A stretch of DNA of 28,548 bases, taken from the IMG/VR virus record IMGVR_UViG_2537562092_000003. The stretch is one strand, 5' to 3'. The position numbers and the translations under genes were made by a program. The notes under the pieces were generated by a model. That model was not told the origin of the DNA and ran no database searches. It saw only the letters and a program-made list of their open reading frames with translations. This stretch comes from a virus (taxonomy: Duplodnaviria; Heunggongvirae; Uroviricota; Caudoviricetes). Below, piece after piece: positions 1 to 8,174 of the stretch; within the stretch, counting starts at the first letter, position 1, and each line of letters starts with the position of its first letter.

Positions 1-498
1 CATATTCTTTTCGGCGACATGCTCGGGGTAACCATCGGCGATATAATCCAGACGGTGATTATTGCCGGGCTGGTTACACTTGTTATTAGCGTAAAATGGC
101 GGGATTTTTTGCTGTTCAGCTTTGATTATCAACAGGCGCAGGTAAGCGGTTTGCATACGAGATGTCTGCATTATGGGCTGCTGTGCATGGTCTCTCTGAC
201 CATTGTGGCGACGCTGAAAGCGGTAGGTATCATTCTCTCCATTTCTCTGCTCATTGCGCCTGGCGCCATTGCGGTACTCCTGACACAACGCTTTCATATT
301 GCGCTCCTACTGGCGATTGGCATATCGGTAATAGTGTCAATGACTGGTGTCTGGTTGTCCTTTTTTATCGACAGTGCACCAGCTCCGACGATTGTCGTCT
401 TATTCGCGGTTGTGTTCATCATGACGTTCACCGTTACCAGCATCAACGCACGCACAAAGGGAAACACCCATACACAGGATTTGTCATCACCCAATTAG
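1..498 (+). CDS. sitD: Divalent-metal ABC transporter permease (ABC-3 family), C-terminal part; 5' end lies outside the window
   Basis: ORF 19-498 is open to the window edge. Polytopic hydrophobic sequence typical of ZnuB/MntB/SitD permeases, not identical to K-12 ZnuB as I recall it. Assignment to Sit is by family resemblance only. Confidence 0.5.
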   Translation, partial: HILFGDMLGVTIGDIIQTVIIAGLVTLVISVKWRDFLLFSFDYQQAQVSGLHTRCLHYGLLCMVSLTIVATLKAVGIILSISLLIAPGAIAVLLTQRFHIALLLAIGISVIVSMTGVWLSFFIDSAPAPTIVVLFAVVFIMTFTVTSINARTKGNTHTQDLSSPN

Positions 499-635
499 CA
501 CAACATCCGAGGGCAGCATCGTCCGCTGGCCCACAGAAGTCCGGAAAGTCATGGAAGGTCGTTGTTGGGAGGAGGTACAAATTCTCTCATGCAAAAAATA
601 CGTAAAATCGATAATAGCTGGAAATAATTCAATAC

Positions 636-697
636 ATGCACTCTCGAAAGTGCATCAGCCAACCGCAGAACGTTATTGCATACAACGTTTCTGCGGC
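636..697. repeat. Two adjacent hairpin-forming inverted repeats (7-bp stem 636-655; about 12-bp stem with one bulge 663-697)
   Basis: atgcact/agtgcat and ccgcagaacgtt/aacgtttctgcgg read directly; no flanking T-run on either strand, so not a classic intrinsic terminator. Confidence 0.5.
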
Positions 698-849
698 ATA
701 ATCCCAATGATTACTCCCTGACAGGGTTCGTAGGCCACTCAATATCAGGTGCAGTTGATGTATCAACACGGTTCAGCAGCATCCGATACTTTTTCCAGGC
801 TTCCAGCAACGGGGTTTCTTCCTCCGTTGCATATACAGCTCACCTTTTT

Positions 850-1149
850 TCACCCACGATTAACCAACAGCCAGACCAGCAGACACGCCACCACCGGCAC
901 AGCAAAATCCATCAGGCTTGCCACATCCCATGCACGTGTATCAAAACCGCCCCACCACGGCATATTCATTCGCTTGCCATGCCCGAACATTTCGATCCAG
1001 CGATATTCTGCCTGGGTGTGTTCACGCGCAATGAAGAACGTACAACCGGCTATCGCCCCGTAAGCCCAGTTCCCGGTAAAAAGACCAATCAGTAGCTGCG
1101 CAGCCACAGCACAAAGCGCATGAAGGAAAGGTGTTATATCCATTTTCAT
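850..1149 (-). CDS. Hypothetical small membrane protein
   Basis: ORF with two hydrophobic segments; ATG at 1147-1149 (track start 1158 is a TTG). No family recognised. Confidence 0.35.
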   Translation of the reverse strand: MKMDITPFLHALCAVAAQLLIGLFTGNWAYGAIAGCTFFIAREHTQAEYRWIEMFGHGKRMNMPWWGGFDTRAWDVASLMDFAVPVVACLLVWLLVNRG

Positions 1150-1156
1150 CCTACCC

Positions 1157-1180
1157 AATAAAACGGGGCGCTCGGCCCCT
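1157..1180 (-). terminator. Putative intrinsic terminator downstream of the 346-aa fibre gene
   Basis: Minus-strand hairpin GGGGC-cgagc-GCCCC followed by TTTTATT. Confidence 0.45.
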
Positions 1181-1185
1181 TAATA

Positions 1186-2226
1186 TTATTTAGACGCAAG
1201 CGCCGCCTCAATTACAGATAATCTTTGTCTTAATTCTGCGTTTTCTTCTTCCAGTGCTGTTATTCTGTCGTCTGACTCTCTGGCTACCTGAACAAGCAAG
1301 CCAGTAACACCAGAATAATCTACTGTGTAATAACGTTCACCTTCTTCACCTTCCGATCCGCTCGCACCGTCCTGATATTTCATTGCGGAACCTACAACTT
1401 CTGGGATTGCTTCCAGAGCTTCCTGTGCAATGACACCAGCATAGGGCATACCGTTTTCTTTAAGCGTGTATGTATAGCCGTTCATTTTACGGATGCGGTC
1501 GGTTGCATTATCGATCACCTGAATGTTGTCTTTCAGATCCCGGTCGGAATGCTGGTTAAATGCGGTGGCATGACATGCACCATTAACGCTTAACATATAG
1601 GTGTTATCGGTATTTTTCTGCGCATAGAACATATAAGCGCCACCATCAACACCGACTTCATAAACAACAGGACGGCTGGAATTTCCCCATAATAACGTCG
1701 ACACACCAGAATACGCCGTACCTTGCGTGTTTAGTGTCATGGTCGACCCGTGATTAGCATATTTGATCTGCAATGAGTCTGTATTATCAAACTTAATAAG
1801 CGCGTTACTTCCCCGCACACCATACGACATGAGACAGTTCCCCATCTTAAGGTAACCATCACTGCCTGGAAAAATTAAAGTTCCTCCGTAAAGATCACTA
1901 AAGTCCCAAAAGATACCTTTTGTCCCGTTATGTGTGACGATCCTCGTCATTGTATCTTTAGTACCATCAATATTTTTTCTGGTATATATGTCACTATAAG
2001 CGTTTTCCGTTTCACCAGTCTTATTTGACAAATGCAGCTTACCGCTGAATATAGTTCCAGTTGTTGGCAATGTTTTTTGATCATAGATTACATTGCAATA
2101 ACCATTCCATGTTGTTTTATTGTCTACATAAGATTTTGTTGCGTAGCTTCCTTGATCGTTTTTTAATTTGCTAACGTCGGATTTTAGCGTTTTGATGTCA
2201 TCAGGAATTACTGTCGATGTAGCCAT
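1186..2226 (-). CDS. Tail fibre/tailspike-like protein with C-terminal intramolecular chaperone (peptidase S74-like) domain
   Basis: C-terminus HSDRDLKDNI...GYTYTLKENG...GVIAQEALEAIPEVV...ITALEEENAELRQRLSVIEAAL matches the autoproteolytic chaperone domain motif of phage fibres/endosialidases (recall). Region looks AT-rich by eye. Confidence 0.6.
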   Translation of the reverse strand: MATSTVIPDDIKTLKSDVSKLKNDQGSYATKSYVDNKTTWNGYCNVIYDQKTLPTTGTIFSGKLHLSNKTGETENAYSDIYTRKNIDGTKDTMTRIVTHNGTKGIFWDFSDLYGGTLIFPGSDGYLKMGNCLMSYGVRGSNALIKFDNTDSLQIKYANHGSTMTLNTQGTAYSGVSTLLWGNSSRPVVYEVGVDGGAYMFYAQKNTDNTYMLSVNGACHATAFNQHSDRDLKDNIQVIDNATDRIRKMNGYTYTLKENGMPYAGVIAQEALEAIPEVVGSAMKYQDGASGSEGEEGERYYTVDYSGVTGLLVQVARESDDRITALEEENAELRQRLSVIEAALASK

Positions 2227-2235
2227 TTTTCTTCC

Positions 2236-2517
2236 TCACATCCAGCCACGAAGTTGATGCTCAACAGCAACCACGTATTCATCGAATAATGACGATATTT
2301 GCGAATCATTAATGATGCGCACGTTTACAAAATATCCGTCTTCCTTAACACATACCGGTTCGCCATCTTCAGTCAGTTCTCCGGTTTCTTTGTACACGTT
2401 ACCTATCACGTCGATAAGAATATCATCCTGCATCGACTCGTCATCATAATAGCCAATACTCTCCATAAAGGCCGAAAAGTCGGCCCTGTCTTCAAATTTG
2501 AGTGTTAAATCTTTCAT
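2236..2517 (-). CDS. Hypothetical acidic protein between the two fibre genes
   Basis: 93-aa ORF whose stop overlaps the next gene's start; no family recognised. Confidence 0.35.
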   Translation of the reverse strand: MKDLTLKFEDRADFSAFMESIGYYDDESMQDDILIDVIGNVYKETGELTEDGEPVCVKEDGYFVNVRIINDSQISSLFDEYVVAVEHQLRGWM

Positions 2518-4898
2518 TAGATTGACTCCCCCACCTGAGCATCAGTCAATGCCTTGTGCCATATTCTGAAATTCCTGACATGACCAAATAAATGACGTAA
2601 CCCGGCTGTAGTCTGGCCTCCAATACGGATAATTGCGGTGTTCTGAATACAGGACCATGTGGTTTTTGTTTCGCTGGATATATGCCCGTTACTTACTGAG
2701 CACGTAGACTGCTCTGACTTTACACGCATCCCCATAACCATTTTTTCAAGCGATGCGTTTTCGTTTACCCGTCTGTTAGCTCCTCCAATATCGCAATAAG
2801 GAAATCCGTCGTAATCTGTTGAACGACCGAAGCCAAGAATAATAGCCGCTCCGGTTTGATGACCGCCGGTATCAAAAACACGTGGCGCTGCATTTGGCGT
2901 TTTATACCAGTTCTTATGTACCTCACAAAGAACCGTAAAAGGAAGATTATAAAGATTATTCTTAATTGGAACTGTAACTATATCGCTTGCGCGGGTCGCC
3001 GCCGTCGCTCCTGATATAATAAAAGATGATACACAAGGCCCATCTTCTACTTGTGGGGTGGCCAGATAAATATAGTCACCAGATACGGTTGCCCCGCTCT
3101 GCTTAGGAGAATACTGTATCTGAGAGCCTATTTTTAACTCCCCATCAATTGCCTGAATTGTTGCCTCTGCAAAAATCCATCCGGTAGCTTCGTCCTTTCT
3201 GACTCTCGCTGTAATCCTTGAGGCAGCACCGCCTGTCATATTAATTTCAAGCGTTTGTGTATCAATATACGCATCACCAAGAAAAGTTGTTGCGCTACCG
3301 TCATATTTATCAAACCGGATACGCAACCTTACCTGCAGTTCTGTTTTAAAACGACATGAGGTTGTCACGTGTTTATTATCGCCTGAGACATCAACTGACT
3401 TTGTTGCAGCAATTGATGCCATATTAATGGCTGAGGTTTGCCCAATCAGAGAATCGTTGCAGACAAACTTTCCATAGGTAAAACCAAAATTATCCGTCCC
3501 TGTTTCGGGCACATCCATATTTGACGATCGCCCCCAACTGGCAGGGCTTTCCGAATTGAGCATGTAGTTTGTTCTTTGCCCCTCAATAAGCAGGCCATCA
3601 CGTTCAAATCGTGGCTCGTCAATGGCAGCCTCTGTCAGCACACCAGATTTGTTAATATAGGTTGCTTTCGATGCACGTTTAAACTTAACAATCTTGTCGC
3701 CAGGCATCGTTATTTCATCGTCACCAATAACAATTTTTTTATATGACGGCGAAAAGCCCGTAATCATATCCAGCGAATCGTTAAATGGTATCCACACATC
3801 AGGCAGCGGCTGTAAGACATATTTATACGGCTCCGCAGCCTGGCTTGCGTACTCTCTGGCTGCATCTTCGCTTGCTTTAGCTGCCGTCTGGCTTGCTGCC
3901 GATGCTTTCGCTGAGTTCGCAGCCGCTGTTTCGCTCACCTTTGCGTTGGTTTCACTGGTTTTTGCTGCTTTTTGACTGTTAGCTGATGCAGTGGCAGAAG
4001 CAGCCGCCGCGCTTGCAGAACTGGCTGCGGCACTCTCGCTTTGAGCCGCTGCATCCTGACTGCTTTTCGCCGCAGTTTCACTGGCTTTGGCATTCGTTTC
4101 GCTGGTCTTCGCTGCCGTCTGGCTGGACTTTGCGTTAGTTTCACTCGTCTTCGCAGCTTTCTGGCTGTTAGCCGCAGCAGTTGCTGATCCAGCTGCTGAA
4201 GTCGCAGAACCGGCTGCCGCGCTCTCGCTTTGGGCTGCTGCAACCTGGCTGTTTTTTGCCGCAGTTTCACTGGCTTTAGCATTCGTTTCGCTGGTTTTCG
4301 CTGCCGTCTGGCTGGACTTTGCGTTGGTTTCGCTCGTCTTTGCGGCTGTCTCACTGTTTTTCGCGTTGGTTTCTGATTTTTTGGCTGCTGTCGCGGAGTT
4401 TGCCGATGCAGTCTGTGAGGTCGCTGCCGCCTGTGCGCTGTTAGCTGCATTCGTTTCTGAGGTTTTCGCCGCGTTCTTCGATGATGCCGCTGCAGTTTCG
4501 GATTTCTTTGCCGCCGCTGCGCTCTGAGAGGCGGCTTCAGCGTTGCGTGCCGCTTCTTCCACCATTTCCTCAAAACGACGCAATGCCTCCGGCATGACAT
4601 CATCTTCCGTCATGGCACCGAGAAAATCATTCAGCGTACCTGGTCTGGAACCTTCATAGACGGTAATGGTCCCGGCATGTGAAGGCGGAAAACCTTCAAC
4701 CAGCAGGGTGACGCTGTACTGGCCATACTCAACATCCATGCTGTAACGCCCGGCTTCATCCGGATTTTCAGAGGCCACCGTGTTCACCAGTACCGTGGTG
4801 CTGTTACGCTTTGCCTTCAGTTGAATAGTGCAGTTCTGTATTGGTTTTCCCGCACCATCTTTCAGCACACCTGAGATTTTTACTGCTGCCATATCCAC
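2517..4898 (-). CDS. stfR: Side tail fibre protein (Stf-like); N-terminus lambda/Rac Stf-like, C-terminal receptor-binding part different
   Basis: N-terminus AVKISGVLKDGAGKPIQNCTIQLKAKRNST...GRYSMDVEYGQYSV matches lambda Stf as recalled; long (KTSETNAKxSETAAK)n repeat tract. True start may be the ATG at 4892. Confidence 0.75.
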   Translation of the reverse strand: MDMAAVKISGVLKDGAGKPIQNCTIQLKAKRNSTTVLVNTVASENPDEAGRYSMDVEYGQYSVTLLVEGFPPSHAGTITVYEGSRPGTLNDFLGAMTEDDVMPEALRRFEEMVEEAARNAEAASQSAAAAKKSETAAASSKNAAKTSETNAANSAQAAATSQTASANSATAAKKSETNAKNSETAAKTSETNAKSSQTAAKTSETNAKASETAAKNSQVAAAQSESAAAGSATSAAGSATAAANSQKAAKTSETNAKSSQTAAKTSETNAKASETAAKSSQDAAAQSESAAASSASAAAASATASANSQKAAKTSETNAKVSETAAANSAKASAASQTAAKASEDAAREYASQAAEPYKYVLQPLPDVWIPFNDSLDMITGFSPSYKKIVIGDDEITMPGDKIVKFKRASKATYINKSGVLTEAAIDEPRFERDGLLIEGQRTNYMLNSESPASWGRSSNMDVPETGTDNFGFTYGKFVCNDSLIGQTSAINMASIAATKSVDVSGDNKHVTTSCRFKTELQVRLRIRFDKYDGSATTFLGDAYIDTQTLEINMTGGAASRITARVRKDEATGWIFAEATIQAIDGELKIGSQIQYSPKQSGATVSGDYIYLATPQVEDGPCVSSFIISGATAATRASDIVTVPIKNNLYNLPFTVLCEVHKNWYKTPNAAPRVFDTGGHQTGAAIILGFGRSTDYDGFPYCDIGGANRRVNENASLEKMVMGMRVKSEQSTCSVSNGHISSETKTTWSCIQNTAIIRIGGQTTAGLRHLFGHVRNFRIWHKALTDAQVGESI
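3848..4553. repeat. Imperfect tandem DNA repeats inside stf encoding the Ala/Ser/Thr/Lys-rich repeat tract
   Basis: Near-identical blocks visible by eye, for example 4080-4150 versus 4260-4330. Confidence 0.7.
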
Positions 4899-4900
4899 TC

Positions 4901-4929
4901 CACAAAAAAGCCCGCCTGAACCGGCGGGC
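4901..4929 (-). terminator. Intrinsic terminator between lom and stf
   Basis: Minus-strand GCCCGCC-ggttca-GGCGGGC followed by TTTTTTGT, lying just upstream of the stf ribosome-binding site. Confidence 0.6.
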
Positions 4930-4956
4930 TGTCATAACACTGTGTTACCTGGCTAA

Positions 4957-5556
4957 TCAGAACTTATAACCGACACCCACGATGAAACCGTCAGTGCGCC
5001 AGTCACCACTGCCGGAGCCTTCATAAGCAATATCAATGGCCACGGATTCGGTCGGGTTAAACTGCACGCCAGCCCCCCACGCCAGAGACGTGTTGCTGTG
5101 GCGACCGTCATCACTTCCGGTCAGCACATCGTGCGTTTTCCCCTTGTTGTCAGTTACGCGGAGGTAATCCCCGGAAAAAGTCGAAACACGGCTGTAAGCC
5201 ATACCCGCCATCGCATACGCGCTGAACCATTCATTCACGCGCACAGACGGCCCCGCCATCACGCTGAACCAGCGGTTACGCACGGAATCTTTATGCCAGC
5301 GGGTATCGCTGTAACGGGTCAGCTGACGATTCTTGTATCCTGCATAACTGAATGACGTCACCAGCCCCAGCGTGTCCGTAAATTCATAACGGTATTTCAC
5401 GTTAATGCCCTTCAGGTCATCACTGCCTGGCATATCAGTATGGGTCTGAAGATACCCGGCGCTTAGTGTGGACTGATGCTCTGCTGCGCTCGCTGGCGTA
5501 CCAGCGGCAACCAGCCAGACTACTGCGGACAGAATAACAGCACATAATTTACGCAT
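4957..5556 (-). CDS. lom: Lom/Ail/PagC-family outer membrane protein
   Basis: Signal peptide followed by AEHQSTLSAGYL...NVKYRYEF and C-terminal GVGYKF, as in lambda Lom (recall). Intact here; K-12 lomR is IS-disrupted. Confidence 0.85.
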   Translation of the reverse strand: MRKLCAVILSAVVWLVAAGTPASAAEHQSTLSAGYLQTHTDMPGSDDLKGINVKYRYEFTDTLGLVTSFSYAGYKNRQLTRYSDTRWHKDSVRNRWFSVMAGPSVRVNEWFSAYAMAGMAYSRVSTFSGDYLRVTDNKGKTHDVLTGSDDGRHSNTSLAWGAGVQFNPTESVAIDIAYEGSGSGDWRTDGFIVGVGYKF

Positions 5557-5623
5557 AATTACCTCTCGCTTTTCTGCAATAAAAAAGGCACCATTTCTGG
5601 TGCCCGTATCTGGGTTATAAAAT

Positions 5624-6586
5624 TCAGCTAATCGTGATGCCTGTAGTGGCTTTCTTCATCACCACAACCAGCAAATCGCTGATACTTGCTGTGGGATACC
5701 AGCCATTTACCCACCATGCTGATACAGAAAACTCCAGTGTCATTACACCACTGCCTGCAGGCATATCAATAACACCCGTGTAAATCAGAGTATTATCCAG
5801 AGCCGTTCGGTTATAAATTTCAGCCCCGTTTTTCTTCACTATCAGGCGGCATGACGAATAAGTATCGCTATTCTCCCGCTCATGTCTGGCACCGCAGAAA
5901 GCCACCGCTGGAATAACAATTTGCCGGTCAAACGACTGATCGTCATAAACCCTGACGGTAATAGTCCCTGATGGCCACCGCTCCGGTGCACGGGAGTCCC
6001 GGGGGAAAGCTTTGCCCACTGTTTTAACGAGATCGCCTTCAATCTGGTTCGCGGACAGTTTTCCCAGAACCCGACAGTTCTCGTTAATCGTGACATTATT
6101 GAGCGTCCCGGAGTTCGCATTCACGTTACCGCTGATATCGGCATTTTTCGCCGTCAGCCGCCCGTCCGGTGTCAGGGAAAATACCGGAGGATTGCCGCCA
6201 CTGGTAATGGTGGGAGCCGTCAGATACTTCAGGAACACTTCGTTCATGAATATCTGGTTGCCCTGCGCCACAAACATCGGCGTTTCATTCCCGTTTGCCG
6301 GGTCAATAAACGCGATACGGTTAGCGGCAACCAGGAACTGGCTCAGTTTGCCTTCCTCCGTATCCTCCATACTAAGGCCAAGCCCCGCGACATAATGCCT
6401 GCCGTCTTCGGTCTGCTCAATTTTGACGCCCCACATGGCATTCCATTTATCGTTGGCGTCCTTCCACTCTTTCGAAAACTCCTCCAGTTTGCTGGCGTTA
6501 TCCTCCGTCAGCTCGACTTTTTCCAGCAGCTCCTTGCCGAGATGGGATTCGGTTAACGTAGGTTCCGGAATCCAGATACAGCTCGG
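5624..6586 (-). pseudogene. C-terminal fragment of host-specificity protein J (central tail fibre); N-terminal majority of the gene absent
   Basis: ORF 5624-6436 resembles the lambda gpJ C-terminus as recalled ([24 protein letters not shown]...). The same frame stays open upstream to a stop at 6587-6589, so this is an internal piece of a longer gene. Confidence 0.7.
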
Positions 6587-7274
6587 TCATTCCGCCGCTG
6601 TTTTTCTGCGTCTGTTTCTGCCCTAACTGGACAGCACCGATCGTCATAAACAATTCACCACAGCGACCGAGATTCGTGTACGTATTCACATCCTCGTTAA
6701 TGCGCCCCATGAATGAGAACGGTCGATCAACCGAACAGATAAAGCTGTTCATTGCCTTGCGTTTCACCCACGAAGCATGGCCGCCATTGTCACCAAGAAA
6801 ATCCCCGCCCTGCGACATAGCGATGGAAAGAACAGGTATTGATTCGTAGTACGCCAGCATTTCAGAAAGGATCGCATCCAGTTTCCTTATCGGAAAATAG
6901 GCCTGGTCATAGTTGCGATCCACCCGAAACTGGAACTCGTGATAATCATCATCGAGCTGAATGAAGTATTTACACCCGACCAGTTTTGCCAGGTCGAAAC
7001 AGGCATTACGGGCGTAAAAAATTGAGCGGCGGTCACCAAAATTATCGGCTTCGTCAAAACGACTGGCGATATCGGCTTTGGAAAATACCAGCACCTGTTC
7101 ACCAAATTCAGCCATGTACTGATGCCGTGTCTTATCTTCATCATCAACAACGATAAAAATTTTCCCGGTATAGCCAGCACGACGCAACGTCCGGTAAGTC
7201 AGAACTTTTTCCGGTCGCCCGTGAGTCAGAATAAAGGCGCAAAAATCATCACGCATATTCCTCCTCCCCGCCAT
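6498..7274 (-). CDS. Hypothetical protein with GT-A-like acidic motifs, apparently truncated; its 3' end reads out of frame into the J fragment
   Basis: Strand-acidic motifs IFIVVDDED and YFIQLDDDY resemble the DxD motif of nucleotide-sugar transferases (weak, by eye). The last 30 or so codons (6498-6586) overlap J-homologous DNA in another frame. Confidence 0.4.
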   Translation of the reverse strand: MAGRRNMRDDFCAFILTHGRPEKVLTYRTLRRAGYTGKIFIVVDDEDKTRHQYMAEFGEQVLVFSKADIASRFDEADNFGDRRSIFYARNACFDLAKLVGCKYFIQLDDDYHEFQFRVDRNYDQAYFPIRKLDAILSEMLAYYESIPVLSIAMSQGGDFLGDNGGHASWVKRKAMNSFICSVDRPFSFMGRINEDVNTYTNLGRCGELFMTIGAVQLGQKQTQKNSGGMTELYLDSGTYVNRIPSRQGAAGKSRADGG

Positions 7275-8037
7275 GCATGATCTCCACCATGCGCTGCGTC
7301 ATTCGGACAAATCCATTTTCAATAGCCTGCTGATAATCAATGATCACCAGCGCCGACTCCTCGAAAAGGCACTGAATTTCAGCGGGGGCATGAGCGTAAT
7401 AGTCCGCAATTCTGCTGAAATTAAACACCGTGTGACGTTCTGCCGCACACAGGAGGAATTTCTCAATATCAGGATCAAGGGACGCCGAACGTATCCGGCT
7501 GATCAGCTCCTGAGTTTTCGTATCGTCGTACAGTTCACTGATATCCGGTTTACCGCCCGACGGCTCATAAACAGGCGTATCAATTTTCGTCGTATACGGC
7601 TCCTCCTTATTTCCTGTACCGGGCAAAACATCCGTCAACAGTTCATCAATTTCTGTCGGGCCGAAGCCTGTCAGGGAGACATCAAAATCAGCATTGATTA
7701 GGACCGACAGCTCCATCCGCAACAGATCTTCATCCCAGCCAGCATTCATCGGTAGGCGATTATCTGCCAAGCGGTACGCCTTTTTCTGCTCATCCGTCAG
7801 GCCAGACAGAACAATGACCGGAACAGAATCCATTTTGAGCATTTCAGCCGCCATAACACGACCGTGACCCGCAATAATTTCGCCCTTTTCGTCAATCAGC
7901 ACCGGATTAGTCCAGCCGAATTGCTTAATACTTTCTACCAGTTGTGCCACCTGCTCAGTACTGTGCGTCCTGGCGTTGTGCGCATACGGTGACAATTCTT
8001 GTAATGGGCGATAGACTATCTTTAATTTCTCGCTCAT
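7249..8037 (-). CDS. ParB-like nuclease domain protein
   Basis: N-terminus ...PYAHNARTHS...GWTNPVLIDEKGEIIAGHGR is the ParB/sulfiredoxin-fold signature. Probably the intact form of the gene left as a remnant in K-12 Rac. Confidence 0.7.
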   Translation of the reverse strand: MSEKLKIVYRPLQELSPYAHNARTHSTEQVAQLVESIKQFGWTNPVLIDEKGEIIAGHGRVMAAEMLKMDSVPVIVLSGLTDEQKKAYRLADNRLPMNAGWDEDLLRMELSVLINADFDVSLTGFGPTEIDELLTDVLPGTGNKEEPYTTKIDTPVYEPSGGKPDISELYDDTKTQELISRIRSASLDPDIEKFLLCAAERHTVFNFSRIADYYAHAPAEIQCLFEESALVIIDYQQAIENGFVRMTQRMVEIMHGGEEEYA

Positions 8038-8174
8038 ACAGCCTTGCTTTATGAATAAAACGCACCCCAGCAGCCAGTGCTACTGGGGGCGGAGGTGTTG
8101 CTGGTAAAGTTAGGTATTGGATCAATGAGTGAGTCAATATAATATTAAACTCACAATTATAAATCAGCCATATA

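Noticed and set aside
162-605. 147-aa ORF (and minus-strand ORF 294-494) overlapping the permease gene
   Set aside because: Out-of-frame overlaps of a clearly coding membrane-protein gene; Cys/His/Arg-rich composition typical of spurious frames.
676-1095. Plus-strand ORFs 676-1095 and 749-1063
   Set aside because: Overlap the hairpin region and the minus-strand membrane ORF; no ribosome-binding site; composition looks non-coding.
3694-4603. Arg-rich 222-aa ORF (3935-4603, -) and Ala/Phe-rich ORFs (3694-3975, 4087-4527, +) within stf
   Set aside because: Alternative-frame artefacts of the repetitive stf tract, not independent genes.
5842-6395. ORFs 5842-6120 (-) and 6012-6395 (+) inside the J fragment
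   Set aside because: Embedded in or antisense to a region with clear J-like coding signal in another frame.
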